From assembly GCA_041659465.1 (NCBI GenBank), contig JBAZYD010000001.1, positions 4,281 to 68,280 of the forward strand: DNA of 64,000 nt. The letters run 5' to 3'. A program made the translations under genes and the position numbers. Shown piece by piece: positions 7,701 through 17,500 of this stretch. The notes beneath the pieces are model-generated. The model did not search any database, was not told where the DNA came from, and saw only the letters and a list, made by a program, of their open reading frames with translations. The first letter of the stretch is position 1. Each line of letters opens with the position of its first letter. This DNA comes from Candidatus Micrarchaeia archaeon (GTDB taxonomy: Archaea; Micrarchaeota; Micrarchaeia; Anstonellales; Anstonellaceae).

Positions 7701-9053
7701 ATGCAGAAGATTAGTGTACGCGAGAAAATATCATCTGAGCAAGCAATTCGGCACCCGTGGCAAACTGCACGGAAATACAACAAATTGGCCAATGAAAATA
7801 CACAATTAAAGGTGCAACTGAAACGAGATGCGACAAAGCCTTCCAAAATGTCCCCCAACTGGGCATTTTGGTACCCTCAGAGGACTGCACGGATAATCAA
7901 CAGCCTAATTGAAGAACAGAGCTTGCTAAAAGAAAAGATTGCGGAACAAACGTTCCAGTCTGTCCCTAAGAGTGAGCCCATATCTGATATGACTATCGTG
8001 AAAGATGCCACCCCTCAAAACGTTTTGAAAAATGTTGTGCCCGAAGGAATGACCCCTCACGAACAATGGGCCCATCTTTTAGGTTGGCGTATGCCTACTG
8101 TAAATCTCGAGAGCATGAAACTGCTTGCCTCGGGGGATACTAGGCTATCCACAGAAGAAATAATCGCCCTTTACACTGGCTGGCGCATTTGCGATGCCAT
8201 ACCTGATAAGGAAAAGGCACGGAGAATTGTGGAAAATGCCAATTCCTGGTTGCCCAAGATAAATCAGCAGAAAATCAGCGAGAATAGCCAGATAGCTTAC
8301 TTGATGGCAGCCATGCTCACTCTTCGGGATGCAAATGCAGTCAAATCGAATTTTAATAACTACGTGCCAGTATCTGACCAGCTATTTGTCACTATGGAAG
8401 TTGGAACCACTTTTTACGAGGCAAACATGATAAGTGGTGGCAAATATTTCATATCAAGAGACATCCGAACCAGCCAATTGTGGGCTTTTGAGCTTCCGGA
8501 AAGATATTTCGGACCTGACGGAAACGAGATTGACATTGTTAAAGAAATCAGTGGAAAGCAAAAATCTGACATATCGGCAGTCATGACAACGCCGCTTGGC
8601 AATGTAAAGGGAATAAATGCACGGGCAATAAAGACAGAGGATCTCCAAAAACTAGGCCAGAACCCGGGCGCATGCGTATATGTTCTGGACATTGACCCGT
8701 CGGCTTGGCGGACGTTCATTGTAGATGAGAGAAACAGCGAGGCTACTGGATGCAGCATCCAATATGATGAAAATGGAAGGCTCACCCACTACGAAGGAGA
8801 AACAGGTGGCTCTTTGTCATCTCCCTTCTATATGCAATTATCATACAGAAGTGTTAGCGCTAATAATCCTCGACCGAGCTGGCTCGGACTTCTTGTGGCA
8901 GGGAAGCATTATGATAATTATTACGCTCACGAAACTGCAGTTAAGAGGTCACGGGTATCGGACAAGTTTATTTTTTCAGCCGCTCACCCGCAGTCATTGC
9001 CCATGGACGTAATCATTGATACCGGAAAACTCAGCCGGAGCCGCTCAGACTGA
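7701..9053 (+). CDS. Hypothetical protein (AT-rich orphan; two short N-terminal repeats P..TAR..N.L..E...LK)
   Basis: Long ORF of about 450 aa with GAGGAG upstream of ATG 7701; no family recognised. Confidence 0.8.
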   Translation: MQKISVREKISSEQAIRHPWQTARKYNKLANENTQLKVQLKRDATKPSKMSPNWAFWYPQRTARIINSLIEEQSLLKEKIAEQTFQSVPKSEPISDMTIVKDATPQNVLKNVVPEGMTPHEQWAHLLGWRMPTVNLESMKLLASGDTRLSTEEIIALYTGWRICDAIPDKEKARRIVENANSWLPKINQQKISENSQIAYLMAAMLTLRDANAVKSNFNNYVPVSDQLFVTMEVGTTFYEANMISGGKYFISRDIRTSQLWAFELPERYFGPDGNEIDIVKEISGKQKSDISAVMTTPLGNVKGINARAIKTEDLQKLGQNPGACVYVLDIDPSAWRTFIVDERNSEATGCSIQYDENGRLTHYEGETGGSLSSPFYMQLSYRSVSANNPRPSWLGLLVAGKHYDNYYAHETAVKRSRVSDKFIFSAAHPQSLPMDVIIDTGKLSRSRSD

Positions 9054-9260
9054 TGGAATGCGCAAGCTAGGCAATTCAAAGCCATCTTATTGCGCGCGCG
9101 ACAATCATAACGCGGACGGAAGTTCCGGGAACGTTGGCGGGCAACCACTGTTTTGAACCAAAATTTCCTAGGAAATGCACTGTGTGTCCGGCCAAGCGCA
9201 GCATTTCCGCTTGGAAGCCGTTTTTTCCTCGACGTGGGAATTTGGGCGTTAGGTCGCCCG

Positions 9261-9325
9261 GACCATGTGCATTTTGCTGCGCAAAATGCATCAGACATCT
9301 TCGTTGCGACGAAGATGCTGAACGC
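9261..9325. repeat. Two-hairpin structured direct repeat, copy 2
   Basis: GACCATG-TGCATTTTGC(TGC)GCAAAATGCA-TCAGA-CATCTTCGT(TGCG)ACGAAGATG-CTGAACGC. Confidence 0.85.
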
Positions 9326-9415
9326 ACGGTCGGGGCGTTGGCTAAATGGTTAGGCTTTGAAATGCCAACGTCTGCTGGGCACTCTTTTTTATATGTTCTT
9401 TTTGCTTGTTAGCGC

Positions 9416-10198
9416 ATGCCAAAAGCCATTGTTTTCGACCTGGACGGGGTGGTATACCTGGGAGCGCAGGGGATTCCCGGCGTTGCAGCCGAGATTGCGC
9501 GGCTGCAGGAAAAGACAACGGTGCTTTTCCTCACCAACAACACGACAAAGGGAAGGATAGAGTATGTGCGCCACCTCGAGCGCTTCGGCATCAAGGCTAA
9601 TTCAAAGGATGTGATGACCTCGGCGTACGGATGCGCCTGCTACCTGGAGGACAAGTACGGCAGGGGCAGAAAAGTGCTTGTCATCGGGGAGTCGGGCCTG
9701 CGCTACGAGCTTGAGGGGGAGGCGATGGCTGAAATCGTGGAGGAAGGGGCGGAGTTTGTGGTGTGCGGCCTGGACAGGCAGCTCACATATGACAAGCTGG
9801 ACAAGGCGCTGCACAGCCTGGATGCGGGCGCTGCATTCATTCTTGCCAATTCCGACCCCACATTGCCGCGCGAGCATGGGGCATCGCCTGGCTCGGGCGC
9901 GATTGCGGCGTCGCTCATTTACGCAAGCGGAAGGAAGCCCGACGTGACAATAGGCAAGCCGTCGGCGTATCTCATCAACAAGCTGCTCCGGATGCATGGG
10001 ATTGCCGCGAAGGACGCTGTTTTTGTCGGCGACAGGCTGGACATTGACATCAGGATGGCGAACAAGGCAGGCATGAAATCCGTGCTTGTGCTTACAGGAG
10101 TTGCGAAAAAATCCGACCTGAAGCGCGCGCCAAAAGGCGACAAGCCGGACATTGTGGTAGCATCGGCCGCAGAGGTCGGCAAGGCGCTGGGGATTTGA
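9416..10198 (+). CDS. HAD-superfamily hydrolase, subfamily IIA (NagD-like phosphatase)
   Basis: FDLDGV, LTNN, GKP, VGDRLDIDI, VLTG motifs. Confidence 0.93.
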   Translation: MPKAIVFDLDGVVYLGAQGIPGVAAEIARLQEKTTVLFLTNNTTKGRIEYVRHLERFGIKANSKDVMTSAYGCACYLEDKYGRGRKVLVIGESGLRYELEGEAMAEIVEEGAEFVVCGLDRQLTYDKLDKALHSLDAGAAFILANSDPTLPREHGASPGSGAIAASLIYASGRKPDVTIGKPSAYLINKLLRMHGIAAKDAVFVGDRLDIDIRMANKAGMKSVLVLTGVAKKSDLKRAPKGDKPDIVVASAAEVGKALGI

Positions 10199-10749
10199 TG
10201 AAGGTCGTAATAATCCACGGATACGGGGGGCAGCCCATGAGTGGCTTTCGCCCGTGGCTCAAATCCGAGCTTGAGGCAAAAGGCTTTTCCGTCAGCGTGC
10301 CTGCCATGCCTTCCCCTGATGCGCCGCGCGCGGGGGAATGGATTGCAGCTATTGAAAAGGAAGTGGGCGATGCCGGGAAGGATTGCATCCTCGTGGGGCA
10401 CTCGCTTGGCTGCACCGCAATTCTCCGCTATCTTGGGCGCACTGAGGGGAAAGTGGCTGGCGCGGTGTTCGTGGCTGGGTTTGCAGGGAAGCTGGGCGGG
10501 GAATTTTCCGTGCTTGACAATTTCTTTGAAAAGCCGTTTGATTTTGCTGCCGTGAAAAAGGTGTGCCCTAAATTCGTTGCCATCTTCTCAGACAATGACC
10601 CTTATGTGCCGCTGTCGCAGGAAAAAATTTTCAGGAAGAGGCTTGGCGCAAAAACAATGGTGCTCCATGCGCGCGGGCATTTCTCGTCAAGCGAAGGCAC
10701 CGTGGAGCTGCCTGAGGCGCTTGAGGCTGTTTTGGAAATCGCGCGCTGA
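10198..10749 (+). CDS. Alpha/beta hydrolase, RBBP9/YdeN family
   Basis: IIHGY, GHSLG nucleophile elbow, SDNDPYV, GHF. Confidence 0.92.
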   Translation: MKVVIIHGYGGQPMSGFRPWLKSELEAKGFSVSVPAMPSPDAPRAGEWIAAIEKEVGDAGKDCILVGHSLGCTAILRYLGRTEGKVAGAVFVAGFAGKLGGEFSVLDNFFEKPFDFAAVKKVCPKFVAIFSDNDPYVPLSQEKIFRKRLGAKTMVLHARGHFSSSEGTVELPEALEAVLEIAR

Positions 10750-10866
10750 TTGTGCCCTGGCGGTTGGGGCAATGCCTTGGATGGCGCGCTGATTGTGCCA
10801 GAGGCGCCCGATGCAGTGCTCTGGATTGCAGATATGTTTCCCAGCGCTGCGCAGCCTCATCTGCTT

Positions 10867-11142
10867 TTACCTGAACAGGTCGCGCACAGCCTGCTCCACG
10901 TTCTCCTTTGTCTCCGCGTCGTGCTCGGCTGATGCCTGCGCGACGACCTCGGTGGTTGCAGGCGTGACCGCCTGGGCGGGAGGGGAATTCGACAGGAGCG
11001 CGCTGATGCTTATGCACACGCTTGCGCCGCACGAGGGGCAGCGCGCGGTGAGAGTGAGGTCTTCCACGGACAGGTCGGATGAGAAGTCAAACGAGTTGTT
11101 CGCGCCGCACTTGCAGGGGACGTATTTTTTCAGGGACACCAT
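10867..11142 (-). CDS. Small zinc-ribbon protein
   Basis: CKCG...RCPSCG; AGGTGGTGG SD-like sequence upstream of ATG 11142. Confidence 0.75.
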   Translation of the reverse strand: MVSLKKYVPCKCGANNSFDFSSDLSVEDLTLTARCPSCGASVCISISALLSNSPPAQAVTPATTEVVAQASAEHDAETKENVEQAVRDLFR

Positions 11143-11176
11143 CAAACCACCACCTTGAATCAGTCTGCCATCATGC

Positions 11177-12352
11177 TCAATCCGCAACTATGAAATACCA
11201 CCAGGGAAGGGTCTGCTCCACTGTTTCGCTTGTCTCGGCATCCACCTTGGAGCTGACCTCGACGTCAAGGGGGATGAGCCCGAAGAGTATGCGCACTGTC
11301 CTTATCGACGTGACATTGAAGTATTTTTTCCCGCCTGCATAAAATTCCGTGGAGGATACCACGCGCTGCCTTGCCTGGACGGCGCTGCCGGGGGATTCCT
11401 GCGTGCCTGATGCGCCATAGCCGTCCTGCCCGGGCGCGCCATTTGCCGAGCCATGGCCGCTTTGCCCTGGCGCCACGCCATCGTCACCGGAGCCGCCAGG
11501 GGGGGCGGGCGGGGAATCGCCGGATGCGTGATTGGAATCGGATGCCGTGCCGGGCAGCAGGGGGCTGCCGGGCTGGGCTGATGCGCCGGGCTGCGGCTTT
11601 GAGGACGGCTTGCCTGCGCCTGCAAGCGCAAGGATTTCATTGTCGTCAAGCGCGCACTGGTAGAAGGAAATGCCGCTTATCGCTATGCCGCCGTCAGACA
11701 GGCGCATTTCGGTGGCAGGCACGAGCATGCCGCCGGCGGATAATTCGCCGCGCCAGCCGCTTGGCCGGAAAGCCACGGAGAATGCCGAGAACAGCCTGCT
11801 TCCGTCGTCATATTTTTCCGAGTAGGGCTTGCTTCCGGCAAGCGCGCCATCAAAGTAGATGCCGACCTTGCCGTTGGGCGAGCCCTCCCACGTCATGGCA
11901 ACAGAGTGCCATTCGCCTTCAGGGAATTTCACCGGGGAATACCAGGCATGGCGGTAGTCGGAGAGGGTGCCGCCATTGTCGATTATTATGGATGCCTCGG
12001 GAAAATTGCCTGCATCATAGCCGCTGTCAATTGCCCGCCTGTTGCCCCCTGCGCGGGCGCCCAGGCGCAGTATTTCAACCCCTTTGCCGGAGGAATAGAA
12101 CGTGTCAAAGAGGAGGGCTATGCGGCTGTCGTTTGTCTGGAATACCACGTGGTCGCGCCGTGGCGCGCCTTCCTGCAGGTAAACCCATGCAAAGGCCGTG
12201 CCCCCGTCCTTGCTTATCACCCCGTCAGACGGATATATTTTTTCCTCGTTTGGGAATGCTTTTGGCGAGGAGATGCAGGAGGACGGGAAGGCGAGCGATG
12301 ATGCCAGGGCAAGCGCGAGCAGAAAAGCAATGCAGCGGAATGGGTTTGCCAT
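11177..12352 (-). CDS. Secreted LamG/concanavalin A-like domain protein with low-complexity linker and C-terminal LFGLIP...PWW motif
   Basis: Signal peptide (IAFLLALALASSLA); GTAFAWV, WHSVAMTW, IYFDG LamG-type motifs; G/P/S-rich linker. Confidence 0.78.
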   Translation of the reverse strand: MANPFRCIAFLLALALASSLAFPSSCISSPKAFPNEEKIYPSDGVISKDGGTAFAWVYLQEGAPRRDHVVFQTNDSRIALLFDTFYSSGKGVEILRLGARAGGNRRAIDSGYDAGNFPEASIIIDNGGTLSDYRHAWYSPVKFPEGEWHSVAMTWEGSPNGKVGIYFDGALAGSKPYSEKYDDGSRLFSAFSVAFRPSGWRGELSAGGMLVPATEMRLSDGGIAISGISFYQCALDDNEILALAGAGKPSSKPQPGASAQPGSPLLPGTASDSNHASGDSPPAPPGGSGDDGVAPGQSGHGSANGAPGQDGYGASGTQESPGSAVQARQRVVSSTEFYAGGKKYFNVTSIRTVRILFGLIPLDVEVSSKVDAETSETVEQTLPWWYFIVAD

Positions 12353-12387
12353 GGAAGGGTTTCCAGGGCAGAAAATAAAAAGGCACA

Positions 12388-14142
12388 TCACTCTACCGTT
12401 ACAGATTTTGCCAAATTGCGCGGCTTGTCGGGGTCCTTTTTCATTTTCACCGCCATGTAGTATGCAAGGAGCTGGAGGGGCACGGCGTAGACTATGGGGA
12501 TGGCAATGGATGGCACGGAAGGCATCCTGAAGGAAAGCGCGCTTTTGCCCAATGCCGACTCGCTGTCGGAAAAGGCGACGAGAAGCGCGTCGCGCGCGGC
12601 GCATTCGCTCATGCTGGATATTGTCTTTTGAAGCGACTCGTCGCTCGGGGCGAGGGCCACCACCACGACATCCTTTTGCAGGAGGGAAAGCGGGCCGTGC
12701 TTGAGCTCGCCTGCCGCGTATGCCTCTGCGTGCAGGTAGGTGATTTCCTTCATCTTGAGAGCGCCCTCAAGCGCGGACGGGAAGGAAAGCGAGCGGCCTA
12801 TGAAGAAGAAGTCCTTGTGCGCGACCAGCTTGCCTGCGAGCGCCTCAAGCTCGCCTGCGCGGGAAAGGATTTGCTCTATCGCTTCGGATGCGTCAGAGAG
12901 CTGCAAAAGCCCCTGCTTTTCGCCGGAAAGCGAAAGCGCGATTTTTGAAAGCACCGCCACCTGCGAGGTGAAGGACTTGGTCGCCACCACCGCAATCTCG
13001 GGGCCGGCGGCGATGTTCACGCATGCGTCGGATTCGCGCCAAAGCGAGCTTCCTGTCACGTTTGTGATGCCGATTATTTTTGCCCCGCCTTTCCTCGCAA
13101 GGCGCACCGCTGAAAGCGTGTCCGCAGTCTCCCCCGACTGCGAAATCGCCACAACGACTCTCTCCTTGCCCGTGCGCGCATATGCGAATTCCGAGCCGAT
13201 TATCACGTCGCAGTTCACTGCGCCGCGGGACTGGAGGAGCTGCTTGAAGACAAGCCCTGCGTAATAGGAGGTGCCGCAGGCGACCACTGCCACCTGCTGC
13301 TGGTTGCGCAGGAGCGCGACCGCGGCAGAGGCATCCGCGGCAAGGGCTTCGCGCATCTTCCCCCCCTGCTCGTGTATCTCCTTTAGCATGAAATGCGCAA
13401 AGCCCTCCTTTTCCGCCATCGCGGCGGTCCAGGCGACAGTGTGCACTTTGCGCCTTGCTTTCTTTCCGCTGTTCCTTATCTCGTAGCCCTCGCGCGTGAA
13501 GCGCACCAGGTCGCCGTCCTCCACGTAGATTACGCGCTTCGTGTACTCGAGGAGCGCGGGGACGTCGGATGCGCAGAACATCTCGCCCTTGCCGATGCCC
13601 AGGATGAGCGGCGGGCCGTTCCTGGAGAGGTAGATGGCCTCCTCGCCCTGGTGCATGCACACGAGGGACCAGGAGCCCGAAAGCTTTGCAACTGCGTTCG
13701 AGAATGCGGCGCCAAAATCCTTCGTTGCCTTGCTTTCCTCCTCCACAAGGTGCGCAATCACCTCGGTATCGGTTTCGGATGCGAACTTGTGCCCCTTGCG
13801 CGAGAGCGCCGTGCGCAGCGAATCGAAATTCTCGATGACGCCGTTGTGCACGAGGTGGATTTTTCCGGAAGAATCGGCGTGCGGGTGCGCGTTTTCCTGC
13901 GTGACGCCGCCGTGCGTCGCCCAGCGCGTGTGCCCTATGCCCATGCTGCCCTCAAGCCGGAGGAAGTTTTGCCTTGCGTGGATGTCGTCTATCCTCCCTA
14001 TGTCCTTTATCGAGGAGATACTGCTGCCCGACACCGTGGCGATGCCTGCGGAGTCGTAGCCGCGGTATTCGAGCTTCTGAAGCCCCCTGAAGATGACCTC
14101 GGAGGCTTTCCGAAAGCCTATGTAGCCGATTATCCCGCACAT
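12388..14142 (-). CDS. glmS: Glutamine--fructose-6-phosphate aminotransferase
   Basis: MCGIIG, LEYRGYDSAG, GHTRWATHG, HNGVIEN, SQSGETADT, GELKHGP, PRNLAKSVTVE. Confidence 0.98.
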   Translation of the reverse strand: MCGIIGYIGFRKASEVIFRGLQKLEYRGYDSAGIATVSGSSISSIKDIGRIDDIHARQNFLRLEGSMGIGHTRWATHGGVTQENAHPHADSSGKIHLVHNGVIENFDSLRTALSRKGHKFASETDTEVIAHLVEEESKATKDFGAAFSNAVAKLSGSWSLVCMHQGEEAIYLSRNGPPLILGIGKGEMFCASDVPALLEYTKRVIYVEDGDLVRFTREGYEIRNSGKKARRKVHTVAWTAAMAEKEGFAHFMLKEIHEQGGKMREALAADASAAVALLRNQQQVAVVACGTSYYAGLVFKQLLQSRGAVNCDVIIGSEFAYARTGKERVVVAISQSGETADTLSAVRLARKGGAKIIGITNVTGSSLWRESDACVNIAAGPEIAVVATKSFTSQVAVLSKIALSLSGEKQGLLQLSDASEAIEQILSRAGELEALAGKLVAHKDFFFIGRSLSFPSALEGALKMKEITYLHAEAYAAGELKHGPLSLLQKDVVVVALAPSDESLQKTISSMSECAARDALLVAFSDSESALGKSALSFRMPSVPSIAIPIVYAVPLQLLAYYMAVKMKKDPDKPRNLAKSVTVE

Positions 14143-14164
14143 GGAAATACCCGTCCCAAACCCT

Positions 14165-14359
14165 TCAGATTTTTTCGCCGAGGGCGAATGTCCTTTTCAC
14201 GGACGTTATCCTTACCTTCGCCTTCTCGCCGACAATCCCGCCGGCAACAAAAACCACGAACCCTTCGACATGGGCGATGCCGTCCCCCTTGGCGCCTTTT
14301 GCGTCGATGGTGACAACGTACTCCTTGCCCTCCTCAACCGGGCGTCCAATGCCGTCCAT
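14165..14359 (-). CDS. Single TRAM-domain RNA chaperone
   Basis: PVEEGKEYVVTI...KGDGIAHVEGFVVFV...GEKAKVRI...FA. Confidence 0.92.
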   Translation of the reverse strand: MDGIGRPVEEGKEYVVTIDAKGAKGDGIAHVEGFVVFVAGGIVGEKAKVRITSVKRTFALGEKI

Positions 14360-14472
14360 GCGCCCACCTCCCATCCAGTCTTCCGCGCCATTATTAATAA
14401 ATCATTACCCGGGCAGGCGCCCGCATCCGCGCGGGGAGGGGAATGCTGCAGGGGCGGGGCAGCATGGCGCAA

Positions 14473-14532
14473 ATATGCCGCAGGCGGCACCCTATATGCC
14501 GCAGGCGGCACTATATGTCACATATATAAATA
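14473..14532 (+). promoter_or_regulatory. Tandem palindromic operator-like sites plus TATA box upstream of the giant surface protein gene
   Basis: ATATGCCGCAGGCGGCAC at 14473-14490 and 14494-14511 (core TGCCGC-N2-GCGGCA), followed by TATATAAATA at 14523-14532. Confidence 0.55.
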
Positions 14533-14565
14533 TTAAGTGCGATTTTTGGAGCAAGGCGACTGCAA

Positions 14566-17500
14566 ATGAGCGATTCCGCACAAATAGGCAAGGCATGCCT
14601 TAGTGGCAACCCTGAAGCGCGCGGCCTTTCCGCGCATTTTTCCCCATTTTTTGTTTTTTTCGCATCCCTGCTGCTGTTTTCAGGAGCCGTGCATGCCGCC
14701 TGCCCCGGAACGGTGTCTGCGGACTACAACATGACCCAGAACGAGACTGCCACCACTACCGCCTGCATAGTCGCCGGCACGGCAGGCATAACAGTCGACT
14801 GCCAGGGGTTCACCATCACACTCAACGGGGGCTCGGCAGTGCCGGCAATCGACGTCAACAGCCAGAACATCACCATCAGGAACTGCGTCATTGCGGAAAC
14901 CAGCGCGACCAACGTGGCATGGGGGGCGCTCCACCTCCGCGCCACCGCCAACAACACCACGGTGACGAACACCAACATAAGCTCGGCCGGCCATTATGCC
15001 ATCTACGCCCTTTCAAGCTACAATAGCTTCACGGACGTGAGGGCGCTCGCCACCACCCAGAACGTCGGCGCAGTGAGGTTCGACGCAAGCAGCTTCAACC
15101 ACCTGGCGAACATGGTGATAAACAAGACGGCAACCGCGAACACGTATGCGCTTTACTGGAACACAGGCGACTCGAACGCGCTTGACAACGTTTTCGCGGA
15201 CGGGTCGGCCGCAGGGACGGCCAAATACGGGGCCTACCTGAACACATTCACCAATGGCAATCTCACCAACTGCGAGTTCAACTCGCTCACCAACTATGCA
15301 GTGTGGCTGACAGGCGGCTCGACAGGGAACAATTTTTCAGCCCCCCAGATAAACACCTCGGGCACTGCGGCCGCGCACGGGTTCTACATCGACTTGTCGT
15401 CTGGCAACAGCATAAGCGACGCCAGCATCAACTCCAGCGGGGTCGGGATATACATCGTCTCAAGCTCCGGCGCGACCAACATCCAGAGGGCGTGGATAAA
15501 CTCCACTGCTAGCTCGGGGATATACATACAGGCGAGCGTGGCATCCGACGCCAACATCATAAACGGAAGCACGGTGAATGCGCTCAACTACCCGCTGTGG
15601 GTGCACCAAAGCTCGTACAACCTCGTGTACAACTCCACGTTCATAAGCGCCGCAGGGCATGCATTCTACACTGACACGGGCACCAACGGCAATGTCTTTG
15701 TCAACAACACGTTCCAGAGCAGGTTCACAACCACTGGCTACTATGGCATGTACTTCGTCTCCGACTCGTCGTACAACCTCATTGAGAACAATACCATATG
15801 GTCGCCCACGTATTACGCCATATATTTCGGCATGAGCAGCAGCTACAACAACATAAGCAGGAACAGCATAACCGCCTCGGCAAACGCAGGCTACGGGGTG
15901 ACGTTTGCGGCAATACCCGCCGACAACAACCAGGTGATAGAGAACAACATAGTGGCGAACGGGTTCGGGATACAGATAATGGGGGATTACAACAACGTGA
16001 GCGGCAACAACGTGGTTTCCAACGCCTCGTCGGGAATCTACCTCTACCTGTCCAATTACAACACGCTGGAAAGCAACAACGTGACTGCGGTGAACAACGG
16101 GATTTACCTCTACACCAGCACCTACAACAACATCACGAACAGCAACTACACGACCAACTCGTCCTACACCGCGTACCTTGCGACCAATGCCGATTACAAC
16201 CGCTTCGCGGGCAACGTGTTCAACCAGACAAGCGGGACTGCGCTCGACGCAAGGATTGGCACCTACATAGTCACCTCCAACTACAACTGGTTCGAGAACG
16301 GCACGATATGGACGTATGGCAGCGACGCGGTGAGGGTAACCACCAGCGCGAACAACAACGTCTTCAGCAACAACATCGTCTACACCAACGCCACCAACTA
16401 CTACGGCGTCCAGGTGACCACCAACTGCCAGTACAACCAGTTCAACGGCAACAACATAACCTCGGAGAAGGGGTATGGCGTGCTGGTGACAACCACCTCG
16501 AAGTACAACACGTTCAACGGGGGCTTCGTGGACGCCTACAGGCAGACGGGCATCACGGTGCAGACCTCGTCCACCTACAACAACTTCTCCAACATGAACG
16601 TGCGCACAGGCATAAACGCCAACGGCGGGTACGGGCTTTACCTGACAGGCTCGGCAAACAACAACAAGTTCACCAACATGACATTCGCCTCGAATGCCAC
16701 CTATTGCGCCTACCTTTACAACGTGGCGAACAACAACGAGTTTTCCAACGTTTCCTTCTTCTCAAACACGTCCATCGCAATCTACATGCTCCAGAACGTG
16801 CAGGGCAACGTGTTTAGGAACTTTTCCGCGACCTCGAACAACACCTACGCGCTGGACCTGAACGGCAACGGCAACGTGGTCAACTACAACTCGTTCAGGC
16901 ACGGGTACCTCCAGAGCAACTCCACGGCAGGCGGGACCGCGGCGCTGTACCTTTACAACGCGGTGAACTACAACAACTTCACCAACATGACAATCACCAA
17001 CCTGGGCGGCATGGGCGTGTACTTTTACGTGGCTGCCAACAACATATTCAACAACACCACGATAAACGCCGGCCCGCTGACAAACGCATACGGCATGCAG
17101 CTGCAGACGCTCTCGCAGAACAACCAGTTGGTGAATTCCGTGATAAACACCGCCGCGCCCATAGTGAGCGGCGGCTATGACATGGTGATAGGGAACTTGG
17201 CGGCCCAGCCTTCCAGCCTGGTCGCGACAAACACCTCGTTCGACACCATGAGCGGGGTGAACATACCCAATGTGGACACCAATTCCTACCTGAACCTCAC
17301 ATGGTACCTGAGGGCAAACGTCTCAAGCCTTGCAGGCGCCCCGGTGGAGGGCACAAGCGTGGCCATCTACAACGCAAACGGGGCATTGGTCTCGAACAAC
17401 GCCACCGACTCGTCCGGGCTCACCCCCTGGGTGGCGGCCATGCAGTACAAGCAGACGCAGTCGGGCTCCGGCCCGTATATCTATACATTATTCTATCCGT

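Larger units (their letters stand above)
7453..9339. mobile_element. AT-rich islet downstream of tRNA-Asp, no integrase
   Basis: Abrupt drop in GC; begins at the tRNA 3' end and ends at a 13-bp exact copy of it (CGGTCGGGGCGTT, 9327-9339 = 7442-7454); flanking structured repeats. Confidence 0.55.

Noticed and set aside
9054..9360. Integron attC sites (several GTTRRRY-like motifs such as GTTAGGT, GTTAGGC)
   Set aside because: No matching RYYYAAC inverse core with L boxes, no cassette array and no IntI in the window
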